Position numbers and translations under genes: made by a program
Part shown: piece after piece, positions 36,835-46,889 of the stretch
Position numbering within the stretch: position 1 is the first letter of the stretch
How the letters are laid out: each line of letters begins with the position of its first letter
Assembly: GCA_016209705.1 (NCBI GenBank)
Contig: JACQVR010000094.1
Span: 64-64,063, forward strand
Source: Planctomycetota bacterium
Lineage (GTDB): Bacteria; Planctomycetota; MHYJ01; JACPRB01
Length of the DNA stretch: 64,000 nt
Reading direction: 5' to 3'
The notes under the pieces: model-generated
What the model was told of the DNA's origin: nothing
Database searches by the model: none
What the model saw: the letters and a program-made list of their open reading frames with translations, nothing else

Positions 36835-39159
36835 CTAGCGCATGAGGCGCCGCGCCGCTTCGACCACGTCCGAGGCTTTGGGGAGATGCGCCCACTCGAG
36901 GGGCGGCGCGTACGGCACCGGCTGGTCCGGAGCCGCCACCCGCGCGATCGGCGCTTCCAGTTCGTAGATCGCCTTCTCCGCGACGAGGGCCGCCAGCTCC
37001 GCGCCCGGCCCGCCGCGACGGGAATCCTCGTGCAGGACGAGGAGGCGGTGCGTCTTCGCGACGGAGTTCAGCAGTGCCTCCTCATCCAGCGGAACCAGCG
37101 AACGGAGATCGAGCACTTCGAGCGAGATGCCTTCGGCATGAAGCGTCTGAGCGGCGTCCAGCGCCGTCCACGCCATCGCGCCGTAGGTGGCGCATGTGAC
37201 GTCCTTCCCTTCGCGGCGCACTTCGGCTTTCCCGATCGGAACTTCAAAATCGCCCCCCAGCGGAACCTCTTCGAGCAGATCGGTCCGGAACAAGGAGTAG
37301 AGCCCCTTCGATTCCAGATAGATCACGGGATTCCCGTCGCGCACGGCCGCGACGAGCAAACCTTTCGCGTCGGATGGCGTGGACGGCGCCACGATCTTCC
37401 AGCCCGGAGTGCGCAAAAACCAAGCTTCCGGACACTGTGAATGAAACGGGCCTCCGCCCAGCAGGCGATTCATCGTTCCCGTCGCGCCCCCGTACGGCAG
37501 CCGCACGACCATCGGAACGCGCTTTCCGTACCTCCAATGGATCTTCGCCGCGTTGTTGACGAACGCGTTGAACCCCGGCGTCAGGAAATCCGCGAATTGC
37601 ATCTCGACGATCGGCCGCTTCCCCATCAGGGCCGCGCCTACCGCCGCGCCCACGATCGCCGACTCCGCCAGCGGCGTGTTCAGCACGCGGTCCGCCCCGA
37701 AGCGTTTCGCCAACCCGCGCGTCACGCCGAAGGCGCCGCCGTAGCGGCCGCCGACGTCTTCTCCCAGAAGAAAGACGCGCGGATCGGATTCCAGGAGTTC
37801 CGATAGCGCCAGACGCACCGCTTCGTCGTAGCCCGCCCGCTTCGTCGCGCGCGCAGAGGGAGGGGGCGTCGCATCCTCCCGCACGGCGAATACGCGTTCG
37901 ACCTGCGGAGCCGGATCCGGCCACGGCGCCGCTTCAACCTTTCGAGCGGCGGCCTCCACCACAGCGGCGACGTCCCGGCGCATCCGCTCGGGATCGCTCG
38001 CTTCCAGAATACCCTCGTCCAGCAGGCGCTTCTCATAAAGCTCGATGGGATCGGCCTTCTCCCATAAGGCCCGTTCCTCGTCGAGCTCGTAGCCGGGAAC
38101 CTTGTGTTGCGGGACGCCGTGAAAGCGTTCGTCGTCATGATGCGCGTGTCCCGCCCGGCGGTACGTCACGAGCTCGATGAGCGCCGGCCCCTTGCCGGCC
38201 CGGGCGCGCTCCGCCGCCCACGCGGTCGCGGCGGCGATCTCGTCGGGGTCGTTGCCGAAAATCGTGAGGCCGGGGATCCCGTATCCGGCGCCTTTCGCCG
38301 CGAACCGGCGCGCGGCGGTCTGCTCGCTCCAGTGCGTCCCCAGCGCCCAGTGGTTGTTCTGGACGAAGAAGATCATGTTCAGTCGCTGCGCCGCCGCGAA
38401 ATTGATGGCCTCGTGCCATTCGCCCAGACTGGATCCCCCTTCGCCGATGAACGACACGGCCACGCGATCGCTCCGGTCGAGCTTGAAGGCGTACGCGACG
38501 CCGATCAGCGTCTGCGTGGCGATGGCCAGGGGCGCCGTCGCCGGCAGCACGCCGCATTCCAGATCGCCGATGTGCAGATCGCGCCCTCCCATGGGACCGC
38601 CGAGTTTGCCGGATTGCGCGCAGAGGACGTTCTCGACGTCGCCCGACCACATGAGCTGGACGCCGACGTCACGAATGATGGGCGCGACGAGGTCCCCGCC
38701 CGGCCCGCGGCGCAGTCGGGCCGCGACGCCCACGATCGCCTCCTGCCCCCAGGAACGAAATCCTTTTTGGGGCGAGGGATAGACCGTCCCGTCGGGAGCC
38801 GTCCAGGCGATCTTCTTTTCGACGAACCAGCGCTTGCACAGGTTGTCGACCTCGCGCGTCAGCAACATGCCACGATACATCTCGCGGCGCTCGCCGGCGG
38901 TGAGCGACTTCTTGATCTCCCGCCGCCGCACGAATCCGTCGAGCTGCTCCAGCAGCGCCTCGCGGGTCCAACCCGCCGCCTCGCCGGCGGTGACGCCGGG
39001 CCACAGCGGCGTGGGATCGGCGGAGATGCGCTGGATGGCCTTGCGCAGGTCCCCCAGCGAGGTGGCCTCCGGAATCAGATACGGCGCCTCGACCGCCAGG
39101 AAATCGAGCAAGGCGCGATCCACGCCAGGGGGAGCTTTCGGCATGCCGAGCGAAAACAT
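36835..39159 (-). CDS. Fused 2-oxoacid dehydrogenase E1 component alpha+beta (TPP-dependent; BCKDH/acetoin-DH type).
   Basis: The N-terminal half carries a TPP-binding E1-alpha region (GDLECGVLPATAPL, IGEGGSSLGEWHEA). The C-terminal half is E1-beta/transketolase-like (LGEDVGGRYGGAFGVTRGL). A single 774-aa ORF. Confidence 0.85.
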   Translation of the reverse strand: MFSLGMPKAPPGVDRALLDFLAVEAPYLIPEATSLGDLRKAIQRISADPTPLWPGVTAGEAAGWTREALLEQLDGFVRRREIKKSLTAGERREMYRGMLLTREVDNLCKRWFVEKKIAWTAPDGTVYPSPQKGFRSWGQEAIVGVAARLRRGPGGDLVAPIIRDVGVQLMWSGDVENVLCAQSGKLGGPMGGRDLHIGDLECGVLPATAPLAIATQTLIGVAYAFKLDRSDRVAVSFIGEGGSSLGEWHEAINFAAAQRLNMIFFVQNNHWALGTHWSEQTAARRFAAKGAGYGIPGLTIFGNDPDEIAAATAWAAERARAGKGPALIELVTYRRAGHAHHDDERFHGVPQHKVPGYELDEERALWEKADPIELYEKRLLDEGILEASDPERMRRDVAAVVEAAARKVEAAPWPDPAPQVERVFAVREDATPPPSARATKRAGYDEAVRLALSELLESDPRVFLLGEDVGGRYGGAFGVTRGLAKRFGADRVLNTPLAESAIVGAAVGAALMGKRPIVEMQFADFLTPGFNAFVNNAAKIHWRYGKRVPMVVRLPYGGATGTMNRLLGGGPFHSQCPEAWFLRTPGWKIVAPSTPSDAKGLLVAAVRDGNPVIYLESKGLYSLFRTDLLEEVPLGGDFEVPIGKAEVRREGKDVTCATYGAMAWTALDAAQTLHAEGISLEVLDLRSLVPLDEEALLNSVAKTHRLLVLHEDSRRGGPGAELAALVAEKAIYELEAPIARVAAPDQPVPYAPPLEWAHLPKASDVVEAARRLMR

Positions 39160-39184
39160 AACAGAAACCGCTTCCCTCCTGTAG

Positions 39185-39280
39185 TGTTACAAAACATTTT
39201 CAAAATATATCGTAACGTTACAATATATTTTGAAAACTATTTGTAACTGTTACATAAAGTTCTCAAAACTTATTGTAACG
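39185..39280. promoter_or_regulatory. AT-rich operator cluster C. Three consecutive GTTAC-N19/20-GTAAC dyads including TCGTAACGTTACAA, in the divergent region between the E1 fusion gene and trpD.
   Basis: Sequence is TGTTACAAAACATTTTCAAAATATATCGTAACGTTACAATATATTTTGAAAACTATTTGTAACTGTTACATAAAGTTCTCAAAACTTATTGTAACG. A TTGACA -35 box follows at 39282. Confidence 0.5.
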
Positions 39281-39436
39281 CTTGACAGGGAACGGGGCGG
39301 CTGATTGAATGCCGCTTGCTATGAAACGTTCCGCCACGCGACGCACGTCCGGCATGTGGCGACGCTCTGCCTAGGGCGGAGAACGTTCAGCGTTCCTGGC
39401 CTTCCCTCTTTCGTTCCCGATCCCCGTGGGAACCCG

Positions 39437-40495
39437 ATGTCCCAAGCATTTTCCGGAGCCACTGCCATGAAAGACGTGCTCGAACAACTGATTCAAGGAC
39501 GGCATCTCGCCGAGACCACCGTCCGCCACGTGATCTCCGAATGCGTCGAGGGGCGGCACACGCCCGCGCAGATGAGCGCGTTCCTGACCGCCATGCGCAT
39601 GAAAGGCGAGAGCGCCGGCGAACTCACGGAACTGGCGCGGACCCTGCGGGACATGGCCGTCCGGCCGAACATCCCGCGCCGCCCCTTGATCGACACCGCC
39701 GGAACCGGAGGGGATTCCAGCGGAAGCTTCAACATCTCGACGCTGACCGCGCTTCTGCTCGCATCGCTGGGCCTGCCCGTCGCCAAGCACGGCGGCCGCG
39801 CGGTGTCGGGCCGCGTCGGCAGCGCCGACCTGTTGGAGAGCCTCGGGATCCGCATCACGCTCACGCCCGAGGAAGTCGAAACGTCGCTGGATCACGCCAA
39901 CTTCGCCTTCCTCTTCGCGCCCGCGTTCCATCCCGCGACGAAAGTCTTTTCTCCCATCCGCAAGGAACTGGGGATACGCACGATCTTCAATCTGCTGGGG
40001 CCGTTGACCAATCCGGCTCGGCCGGAATACCAATTGCTCGGCGTCTACCCGCCCGGCGCCGGGCCGCTCATGGCGGAGGCATTGCGAGCCCTCGGCGTCC
40101 AGCGCGCCACGATCGTGCGCGGCGGCAACGGATGGGATGAAGCGACCTTGGGCGAACCCGTTTCGCTGATCGACGTCAGCCCGGAAAGAATCACTTCCCG
40201 CGAGCTGGATCCAAGGGAGCTGGGATTCACTCCCGCTCCCGCCGATACGTTGCGCGTCTCGAGTCGCGAAGATGCGCTCCGCTTGGCGCGCGCGGTCCTC
40301 GACGGCGCCGACGGGCCGGCGGCGGATACGGTCCTGCTGAACACGGTCCTGGCCCTGCAAACGCGCGATCCGTCGCTTTCGCCCGCTCAGGCCAGAACGA
40401 CGGCCGAGGAAGCGCTTCGAAAGGGCGCGCTGCGCGACACGGTCTCCAAGCTCCGGCACCTTTTCCCGGTGGAATCATGCTCGAAGACATCCTGA
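39437..40495 (+). CDS. trpD: Anthranilate phosphoribosyltransferase.
   Basis: GTGGDSSGSFNIST and KHGGRAVSGRVGSADLLE are present. Alternative start 39466. Confidence 0.9.
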   Translation: MSQAFSGATAMKDVLEQLIQGRHLAETTVRHVISECVEGRHTPAQMSAFLTAMRMKGESAGELTELARTLRDMAVRPNIPRRPLIDTAGTGGDSSGSFNISTLTALLLASLGLPVAKHGGRAVSGRVGSADLLESLGIRITLTPEEVETSLDHANFAFLFAPAFHPATKVFSPIRKELGIRTIFNLLGPLTNPARPEYQLLGVYPPGAGPLMAEALRALGVQRATIVRGGNGWDEATLGEPVSLIDVSPERITSRELDPRELGFTPAPADTLRVSSREDALRLARAVLDGADGPAADTVLLNTVLALQTRDPSLSPAQARTTAEEALRKGALRDTVSKLRHLFPVESCSKTS

Positions 40496-41229
40496 ACCGA
40501 ACCCGCGATCTGGTCGCGCTGCGGAAGGAGAAATTCCCGCTGCGGAAGCCGGAGATTCTCCCTGCGAACGGAAGGCGATTCGCGGACGCCCTCCGCGGAG
40601 GAAGTCGGATCAACCTGATCGCGGAGGTGAAACGCGGATCCCCCACCGCGGGATTCATGCGGCCGCTGGACGCCGCCGCGACCGCCGCCGCGTACGTCGA
40701 AGGCGGGGCGCGCGCCGTCTCGGTCCTCACCGAGCCCCATTTCTTCTTCGGCTCGCTCGAGGATCTCGAGCATGTGGCGCGACGCATCGAGGCGCCGGTG
40801 CTGAGGAAGGATTTCATCCTGGACGAATATCAGCTCTACGAATCGGCCGCCCGCGGCGCCGACGCCGTGCTGCTCATCGCGGCCGTCCTGCCGGAGGCGG
40901 AGCTGAAAGCGTTCTTTCAGCTCGCCGTCCATCTGGGGTTGTGCCCCCTGGTGGAAGTCCACGAGCCCCCGGAACTCGACTCCGTCTTGAAGCTGGACCC
41001 TCCCGTGATCGGCGTCAATCAGCGCAACCTGAAAACATTCCGAATCGACTCGAAGGCGGAACTCGTGGAACGGATCCCGGCCGGCATCGTTCGCGTCATC
41101 GAAAGCGGCATTCGAGACGGCGACCAGGCGCGGAAGTTCAAACTCATGGGCTACGATGCATGCCTGGTCGGAGAAGCGCTGGCGCGAAGCGACGACCCCG
41201 CGGCCGCCGTGCGGAAGCTCCTCGAATGA
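40477..41229 (+). CDS. trpC: Indole-3-glycerol phosphate synthase.
   Basis: LIAEVKRGSPTAG, GARAVSVLTE and GVNQRNLKTF are present. Confidence 0.9.
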   Translation: MLEDILNRTRDLVALRKEKFPLRKPEILPANGRRFADALRGGSRINLIAEVKRGSPTAGFMRPLDAAATAAAYVEGGARAVSVLTEPHFFFGSLEDLEHVARRIEAPVLRKDFILDEYQLYESAARGADAVLLIAAVLPEAELKAFFQLAVHLGLCPLVEVHEPPELDSVLKLDPPVIGVNQRNLKTFRIDSKAELVERIPAGIVRVIESGIRDGDQARKFKLMGYDACLVGEALARSDDPAAAVRKLLE

Positions 41230-41795
41230 AAATCAAGATCTGCGGCATCACGAATCTGCGCGACGCGCTACTGAGTTACGAACTCGGCGCCACGGCGATC
41301 GGCCTGATCTTCGCGTCCAGCCCGCGGCGGGTCTCCATCGAAACGGCGCGCGAGGTGGTTCGGAATCTGCCTCGAGATCTCGAATCGGTTGCCGTGTTTC
41401 AGGATCAAGACGCGGACTTCGTGCGTCGCGTCCTTCGCGACGTGCGCGCGCGCACGCTCCAATTTCATGGAAATGAGTCGCCGGAGTTCGTGGCTTCGTT
41501 CGGATATCCCACCATCAAGAGTTTCCGCGTTGGGGAAGCCGGCCCGCCGCCGGAAGCGGAGCGATATCCGGACCGGATCCTCTTGGAGATCGCCCCGGAG
41601 CATCCGCCGGATCTGGCGCGCGTCCGTCGAGATTTCTTTATCGCGGGCTCCCTGACGCCCGACAACGTCCGCGAAGTCGCTTCGCGCGTGCGACCCTATG
41701 GCGTGGATGTGGCGCGCGGCGTGGAAGCGAGTCCCGGCCTGAAGGATCCGGCCAAACTCAAGGCGTTCATCAAGGAAGCCAGGAGATGCGGATGA
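41226..41795 (+). CDS. trpF: Phosphoribosylanthranilate isomerase.
   Basis: MKIKICGIT is followed by a PRAI fold. The ATG overlaps the trpC stop (ATGA). Confidence 0.85.
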   Translation: MKIKICGITNLRDALLSYELGATAIGLIFASSPRRVSIETAREVVRNLPRDLESVAVFQDQDADFVRRVLRDVRARTLQFHGNESPEFVASFGYPTIKSFRVGEAGPPPEAERYPDRILLEIAPEHPPDLARVRRDFFIAGSLTPDNVREVASRVRPYGVDVARGVEASPGLKDPAKLKAFIKEARRCG

Positions 41796-42937
41796 ACAAT
41801 GGCTATTTCGGAGCCTACGGGGGGCGGTTCGTGCCCGAGACGCTCATGGAGGCGCTCCTGGACCTGGAGCGCGCCTTCCATGCGGCGTGGGCATCCCCGA
41901 AATTTCGCGATGAGCTTCATGCTCACCTGAGCCGGTTCGCCGGACGGCCCACGCCCCTCTATCGCGCGCGCCGCCTGGAAGCCGCGCACGGACTCCGCCG
42001 CCTTTATCTCAAGCGCGAGGACCTCTGCCACACCGGCGCGCACAAGATCAACAACAGCGTCGGGCAGGCGCTGCTCGCGCGCGCCATGCGCAAGAGGCGG
42101 ATCGTGTGCGAGACGGGCGCGGGCCAGCACGGCGTGGCCACCGCGAGCGTGTGCGCCATGATGGGTCTCGAATGCGTGGTCTACATGGGCCGCCGCGACG
42201 TGGAGCGCCAGCGCCCCAACGTGGAGCGGATGCGACATTTCGGCGCGCGGGTGATTCCGGTCGCTTCCGGGAGTCAAACGCTCAAGGACGCGATCAATGA
42301 AGCGCTGCGCGACTGGGTGACGAACGTCAAGGACACGCACTACTTGCTGGGTTCGGTGGTGGGACCGCATCCCTATCCGCTCATGGTGCGCCGGTTCCAT
42401 TCCGTGATCGGAGAAGAGGCGCGCCGGCAGATCCTGCGGGAAGAAGGGCGGCTCCCGGACGCCGTCGTGGCCTGCGTCGGCGGAGGTTCGAACGCGATCG
42501 GAATCTTCTCGGCGTTCCTGAACGATCGCTCCGTCCGACTCATCGGAGTCGAGGCCGAGGGCGCGGCCAGCGTGTCGTGCGGATCGCCGGGAGTGCTTCA
42601 CGGCTGCCGGAGCTATGTCCTCCAAGATCACGACGGCCAGATCCGTGAAACGAATTCGATCGCGCCGGGACTCGACTATCCCGGCGTGGGGCCGGAGCAC
42701 TCGTCTCTTCGAGACTCGGGACGCGTTCGATACGTCTCCATCGGCGATCGGCAGGCGCTCGCCGCATTCCGCGAGCTTTCCCGCATGGAGGGCATCCTGC
42801 CGGCGCTGGAATCGTCGCACGCGCTGGCCTATGCGCCGAAGCTGAAGCGACTCAGAGGTGTTCGAGACATTCTCGTGAATCTCTCCGGACGCGGAGACAA
42901 AGACTTGGGCATCGTTTCGGGAGCCAAGCATGCCTAA
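41786..42937 (+). CDS. trpB: Tryptophan synthase beta chain.
   Basis: PLP lysine context HTGAHKINN is present, with GGGSNAIG. Confidence 0.95.
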   Translation: MRMNNGYFGAYGGRFVPETLMEALLDLERAFHAAWASPKFRDELHAHLSRFAGRPTPLYRARRLEAAHGLRRLYLKREDLCHTGAHKINNSVGQALLARAMRKRRIVCETGAGQHGVATASVCAMMGLECVVYMGRRDVERQRPNVERMRHFGARVIPVASGSQTLKDAINEALRDWVTNVKDTHYLLGSVVGPHPYPLMVRRFHSVIGEEARRQILREEGRLPDAVVACVGGGSNAIGIFSAFLNDRSVRLIGVEAEGAASVSCGSPGVLHGCRSYVLQDHDGQIRETNSIAPGLDYPGVGPEHSSLRDSGRVRYVSIGDRQALAAFRELSRMEGILPALESSHALAYAPKLKRLRGVRDILVNLSGRGDKDLGIVSGAKHA

Positions 42938-43685
42938 GAAACTGATTCCGTATCTGACCGCCGGATATCCCGATTCGGCCGGGTTTCTCGAACTCCTGCG
43001 CGTGGCGGAGGAACAGGCCGACGCGCTGGAAATCGGATTGCCGTTTTCCGATCCCGTGGCGGACGGTCCTGTGATCCAGCGCAGCAGCCAATCCGCGCTG
43101 GCGAACGGGATGAATCTGCCGCGCTTGTTCACTCTGCTGAAGCGGGTTCGCCCGCAGCGACCGCTGCACCTCATGAGCTACCTGAACCCGCTGCTGCGGC
43201 CGGGTCTGGACGAGCGCCTGCGGACCCTGGCGCGACTTGGATTTCGATCGCTCATGATCCCCGATCTGCCGCTGGAGGAGTCCGGCTTCTTGATGAATCG
43301 CGTCGCCAAGCACGGCCTTTCGCTGACGCCGTTTCTCTCTCTCGAAACGCGTCCCGCCCGGGCGCGGCGGATCCTCGAGTCGCCGGCGGAATCGATCTAT
43401 TTGATTTCGGTCCGCGGGACGACCGGCATCCGCGCGCGTTTTTCCGGCGAGACGATCGATTTCATCCGAACGATCCGCGGCCGGACGGAAAAAGAATTGC
43501 TGCTCGGCTTCGGCATTTCCGCGCCCGAGCAGGTGCGGCAGGTTGCCCCCCATGTGGACGGCGTGATCGTCGGCTCGGCGCTGATCGATCTCATCGACCG
43601 TTCACGAGGGAACTTACCCGCGATCACGCAATTCTTGAATCGCCTGAGAAAGGGATTGTCCCGCGAACATCGTCACCCGGCCTGA
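42930..43685 (+). CDS. trpA: Tryptophan synthase alpha chain.
   Basis: [26 protein letters not shown] and GFGIS are present. Confidence 0.9.
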   Translation: MPKKLIPYLTAGYPDSAGFLELLRVAEEQADALEIGLPFSDPVADGPVIQRSSQSALANGMNLPRLFTLLKRVRPQRPLHLMSYLNPLLRPGLDERLRTLARLGFRSLMIPDLPLEESGFLMNRVAKHGLSLTPFLSLETRPARARRILESPAESIYLISVRGTTGIRARFSGETIDFIRTIRGRTEKELLLGFGISAPEQVRQVAPHVDGVIVGSALIDLIDRSRGNLPAITQFLNRLRKGLSREHRHPA

Positions 43686-43759
43686 CGCGCCGCAAGAAAA
43701 AGCGACGACCATTCATTTTTTCTCCGGCTTTCTGGCCGGCTCGCGCACTACGTATTAGA

Positions 43760-44197
43760 ATGTTTGAGATGCGTGGCAACGGGCGAGAAGAGAAGCCTCC
43801 CTCGTGGGCTCGAAGTCTTTCCGCCGAAATGCGCGCTTACCTCCGGCACGGCTCCGAGGAAGCGGCAAGGAATCGGAAGGAGGCGCAAAAGGATCGGCAG
43901 GAAATGCGGGCCTATTTCCAGAAAGTAATCGAGAAGGCCGATGCGGATCGGCGGGAAACGCGGGAGTACTTCCAGAAAGTGATCGCGAATGCTGAAGCGG
44001 ACCGGAAGGAAATGCGGGCCTTCTTCCAAACCGTGGCCGCGCAGGCGGCGGACGACCGCGCGGACTTCAAGGCGGATCGGGCCAACTTCGCCAAGCTCAC
44101 CGCGATGGTCGTTAAGATCGGCAACGAGATCATCAGGCGGCTCGAAGATATCCAGCGAACGCTCTACATCCAAGGCAACGGGCGTAGGAATAGGTAA
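43760..44197 (+). CDS. Hypothetical repeat protein. It has 3 copies of an ~19-aa EMRAYFQKVIxxAxADRxE unit plus a C-terminal module DFKADRANFAKL...IQGNGRRNR that is duplicated at 50410-50549.
   Basis: Internal periodicity is clear. The C-terminal 46 aa are ~80% identical (about 75% at DNA level) to the tail of ORF 50247..50549. Confidence 0.5.
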   Translation: MFEMRGNGREEKPPSWARSLSAEMRAYLRHGSEEAARNRKEAQKDRQEMRAYFQKVIEKADADRRETREYFQKVIANAEADRKEMRAFFQTVAAQAADDRADFKADRANFAKLTAMVVKIGNEIIRRLEDIQRTLYIQGNGRRNR

Positions 44198-44209
44198 AGC
44201 CGCCTCCTG

Positions 44210-45037
44210 TTACCGGGCTTTGTGCCGGTACCACCACGTTCCATCCAAGATCCCCAGCGCCGCGAGAAGATCCAGTCCGACCGAACCGCATCCGCCGCCT
44301 CCGCTCTCCGAGCTCCCGCTCGACCCTCCCGTCGGTCCGCCATCGCCTCCGTTCCCGCCCCCTTCTCCACCGCCGCATCCGCCTTCCCCGCCGACCTGAT
44401 CCGCGCCGGTATCTTTTCGATCCACGCGAACCGTGAAATCGACGCGCTCGTCGATAACTTCCTCTTTTTCGATCCGGGCCAGCAGCGCCTCGTCGAGACG
44501 GAGCAGTCTTTTGGCTTTGATGTATTCGACGTTTTCGCGATAGACCGCCACGAGATCTTCTTCCGCCAGTTCGCCTTCTTTGATGAGCTGGTTCAGGATC
44601 TTTTCCGGAGCCGACGGATCGCGCATCTGGCCGGGGTGCACGTGGAGCGCGTGGAGGTAGCCGCGGATCAAGGCGCGGATCTTTTGATTCGGCGCGGGCG
44701 GCGGAGCCTTTTCTTCCGCCACGCGTTCCTCGGAACGGCGGGAAGCATCCGGAGATTCGTCACGCTGAATCGCGAAACTCCAGACGATCAGGATCGTGGC
44801 GGCAAGCAAGGGGAAAACCAGGTATCTCAACAGGCGCTTTCGCGGGCCGGCGAAGTTCGCCGGACGGCCGCTCATCTTTTCGAAGAGAAGCGCTTCCTCG
44901 CAGGATGCTTCGATCATTTTCCGGGCCAGGCCACGATCCCGTTTCAGCCGCGCCGTGAATTCCGTCTCTTCGTCCGCGTCGAGCTGCGCATAAAGGGCGC
45001 GCAGGATGAGGTCGTCGGCGGCGGTCCTCGTGTTCAT
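44210..45037 (-). CDS. Putative anti-sigma-like single-TM membrane protein with a Gly/Cys-rich C-terminus.
   Basis: An N-terminal cytoplasmic domain is followed by TM LVFPLLAATILIVWSFAI. The C-terminal low-complexity region reads GGEGGCGGGEGGGNGG. It lies directly downstream of the sigma fragment. Confidence 0.4.
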   Translation of the reverse strand: MNTRTAADDLILRALYAQLDADEETEFTARLKRDRGLARKMIEASCEEALLFEKMSGRPANFAGPRKRLLRYLVFPLLAATILIVWSFAIQRDESPDASRRSEERVAEEKAPPPAPNQKIRALIRGYLHALHVHPGQMRDPSAPEKILNQLIKEGELAEEDLVAVYRENVEYIKAKRLLRLDEALLARIEKEEVIDERVDFTVRVDRKDTGADQVGGEGGCGGGEGGGNGGDGGPTGGSSGSSESGGGGCGSVGLDLLAALGILDGTWWYRHKAR

Positions 45038-45440
45038 GATTCGTTCGCTCCCCATTCCGAGCTTTCGACCTTTCGGTTGACGCAATCACGAATCGCCAGG
45101 CGAACGCGCTTCAGGAGCGCGTACGTCGCCTGCACGGTCTTCCCGATCGATCCGGCGATTTGCGGCACGTCCAGGGCCGAACCGTAGCGCAAGGTGATGA
45201 TCTTGCGGGAAAGACCGCGAAGGGACTTCATTCACTCGTCCAGCGCCGCGCACCGTCGTTCGATGTAGGAGGTTTCATCGACTTCCTTCGCGGCTTCGGC
45301 GAGTTGATCGAGCACTTCGGGATCGACGGTGACGAAACCGGCGCGACTCTTCTTGAAGAAATCCAGGATGGAGCGCCGGGCGATTTCGCGGATCCACGCA
45401 CGGAAATTGAGGATCGGCCCCTGGCGTTCCCATTGAGCAT
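45034..45440 (-). pseudogene. ECF sigma factor remnant. It is N-terminally truncated, and region 2 and region 4 are separated by an in-frame TGA.
   Basis: The frame reads ...WERQGPILNFRAWIREIARRSILDFFKK...AALDE-TGA-MKSLRGLSRKIITLRYGSALDVPQIAG.... There is no start codon or region 2.1/2.2 between it and the upstream gene end at 45508. Confidence 0.5.
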
Positions 45441-45507
45441 TCTTTTTTCCTCTGCGAAACGCCGGTTTATTCGACAGCGCTTATCCGGTCTCCTCCCTGG
45501 AAGGAGC

Positions 45508-46680
45508 TTATCCGGCTATCCTCTGGAGCCATTCTCCAGGGTTGCATACGAGGAGGGATGGATTTTCGATCTTGCGCGCGATTCGGCAGACGAGAACGCG
45601 GCGCTTTGCCTGGATCATGTCCGCCGTTTTGTTCAACCGTTCGATCTCTTCAGTCGAGGGATTAGAGGTCAGCTTGATCTCGACGGCCCACGATTCTCCG
45701 CCTTTTTCCAGCACGAGGTCCAATTCGTAGCCGTCCGACGTGCGGAAGAAATAGGCGCGATCTTGCTTGCCTACGGCGGAGAGCGCGGCGAGCGTTTGCT
45801 CGATCACGAAGCCCTCCCAGCTTGCGCCCAGCCAGGGCTGGCGATACAGGTGATCGAGATCGTTTACCCCCATCAACGAGTGAAGCAGGCCGCTGTCCCT
45901 CCAGTAAACGCGGGGCACCCTGACGAGGCGCTTCCTGATGTTCTTGAAATAAGGTTGGAGCCTATGGATGAGGAAGGCGCCCTCCAGGTAATCGCAATAT
46001 CGGATGACGGTCTTGTGGTCCAGCGCCAGGCTTGACCCGAGCTGGGAGGCGTTCAGCGGTTGTCCCTGGATGGAGGCGAGCATGTGCAGCAATCGAAGCA
46101 GCAACTGCGGTTTGGCCGGCAGGCCCCACGTGGGAAGATCGCGCGTCACCTGCGTGTTCAAATAATCCCGCTGCCATTCGGGAAACATCCGAGCGTCGAG
46201 AATCCCGCCGTCGGGATAGCCGCCGCGAAGCCACAGATCATCGATTTGGTCAGGTGCAAGTTCGGGCAAAATGAAGGGACTCATCATGACCAGTCCCATT
46301 CGGCCGGCCAAGGATTCTGAGACATTCTCCATCAACGCCGGGGAGACCGAGCCCAGAAGCAGGAAGCGTCCGTTTCGCTTTCGGTCCGCATCGATGGCCC
46401 CGCGCAGCCGCGAAAAAACCTCGGGGGCTTGCTGGACCTCGTCGAGAACGATCAATTTTTTGCCCGCCACCAAGGCATCCCATTCGGCGTCGAGGCGGGC
46501 TTCGCCGCCGTCCGTTTCCAGGTCGAAATAGACGCCTTCGAAGCCGCGGGCGAGCGTGGTCTTGCCGCATTGACGCGGCCCCAGAATACCCACGGCGGGG
46601 AACTTCCCGAGCTTGTCCCGTACTTGGAGGGCATAGAGACGGGGAATCATTTCTTGTATTATGGGAATTCGTTCCCACAT
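45508..46680 (-). CDS. AAA-family ATPase (AAA_14 plus DUF4143 type).
   Basis: Walker A GPRQCGKTT, Walker B LIVLDEVQ and a DUF4143-like C-terminal domain are present. Start MWERIPII. Confidence 0.75.
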   Translation of the reverse strand: MWERIPIIQEMIPRLYALQVRDKLGKFPAVGILGPRQCGKTTLARGFEGVYFDLETDGGEARLDAEWDALVAGKKLIVLDEVQQAPEVFSRLRGAIDADRKRNGRFLLLGSVSPALMENVSESLAGRMGLVMMSPFILPELAPDQIDDLWLRGGYPDGGILDARMFPEWQRDYLNTQVTRDLPTWGLPAKPQLLLRLLHMLASIQGQPLNASQLGSSLALDHKTVIRYCDYLEGAFLIHRLQPYFKNIRKRLVRVPRVYWRDSGLLHSLMGVNDLDHLYRQPWLGASWEGFVIEQTLAALSAVGKQDRAYFFRTSDGYELDLVLEKGGESWAVEIKLTSNPSTEEIERLNKTADMIQAKRRVLVCRIARKIENPSLLVCNPGEWLQRIAG

Positions 46681-46889
46681 TGCAATAATTACTGAAAACA
46701 TGGCGCAACCTTTACGGATGGGTTTCGCGCGGACTTCAGGTATTTTTCAAGACAGCCATAAATTTGTAACGATCTTTCTTGAGATGTATGTCTTTCCCCC
46801 AACGATCTCGCTACATAAATGTTTTACTTGACAATTGCTGATTTATAACTATATTAAGTTAGCTGTAAGTGTTTTTCACAAACCACGCC

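Noticed and set aside
45034-45440. In-frame TGA between regions 2 and 4 of an ECF sigma factor, considered as a fourth Sec codon.
   Set aside because: The gene also lacks its N-terminal third and any start codon. The TGA falls in a linker with no Cys homology, and no GGUUC-loop hairpin follows. It is called a pseudogene.
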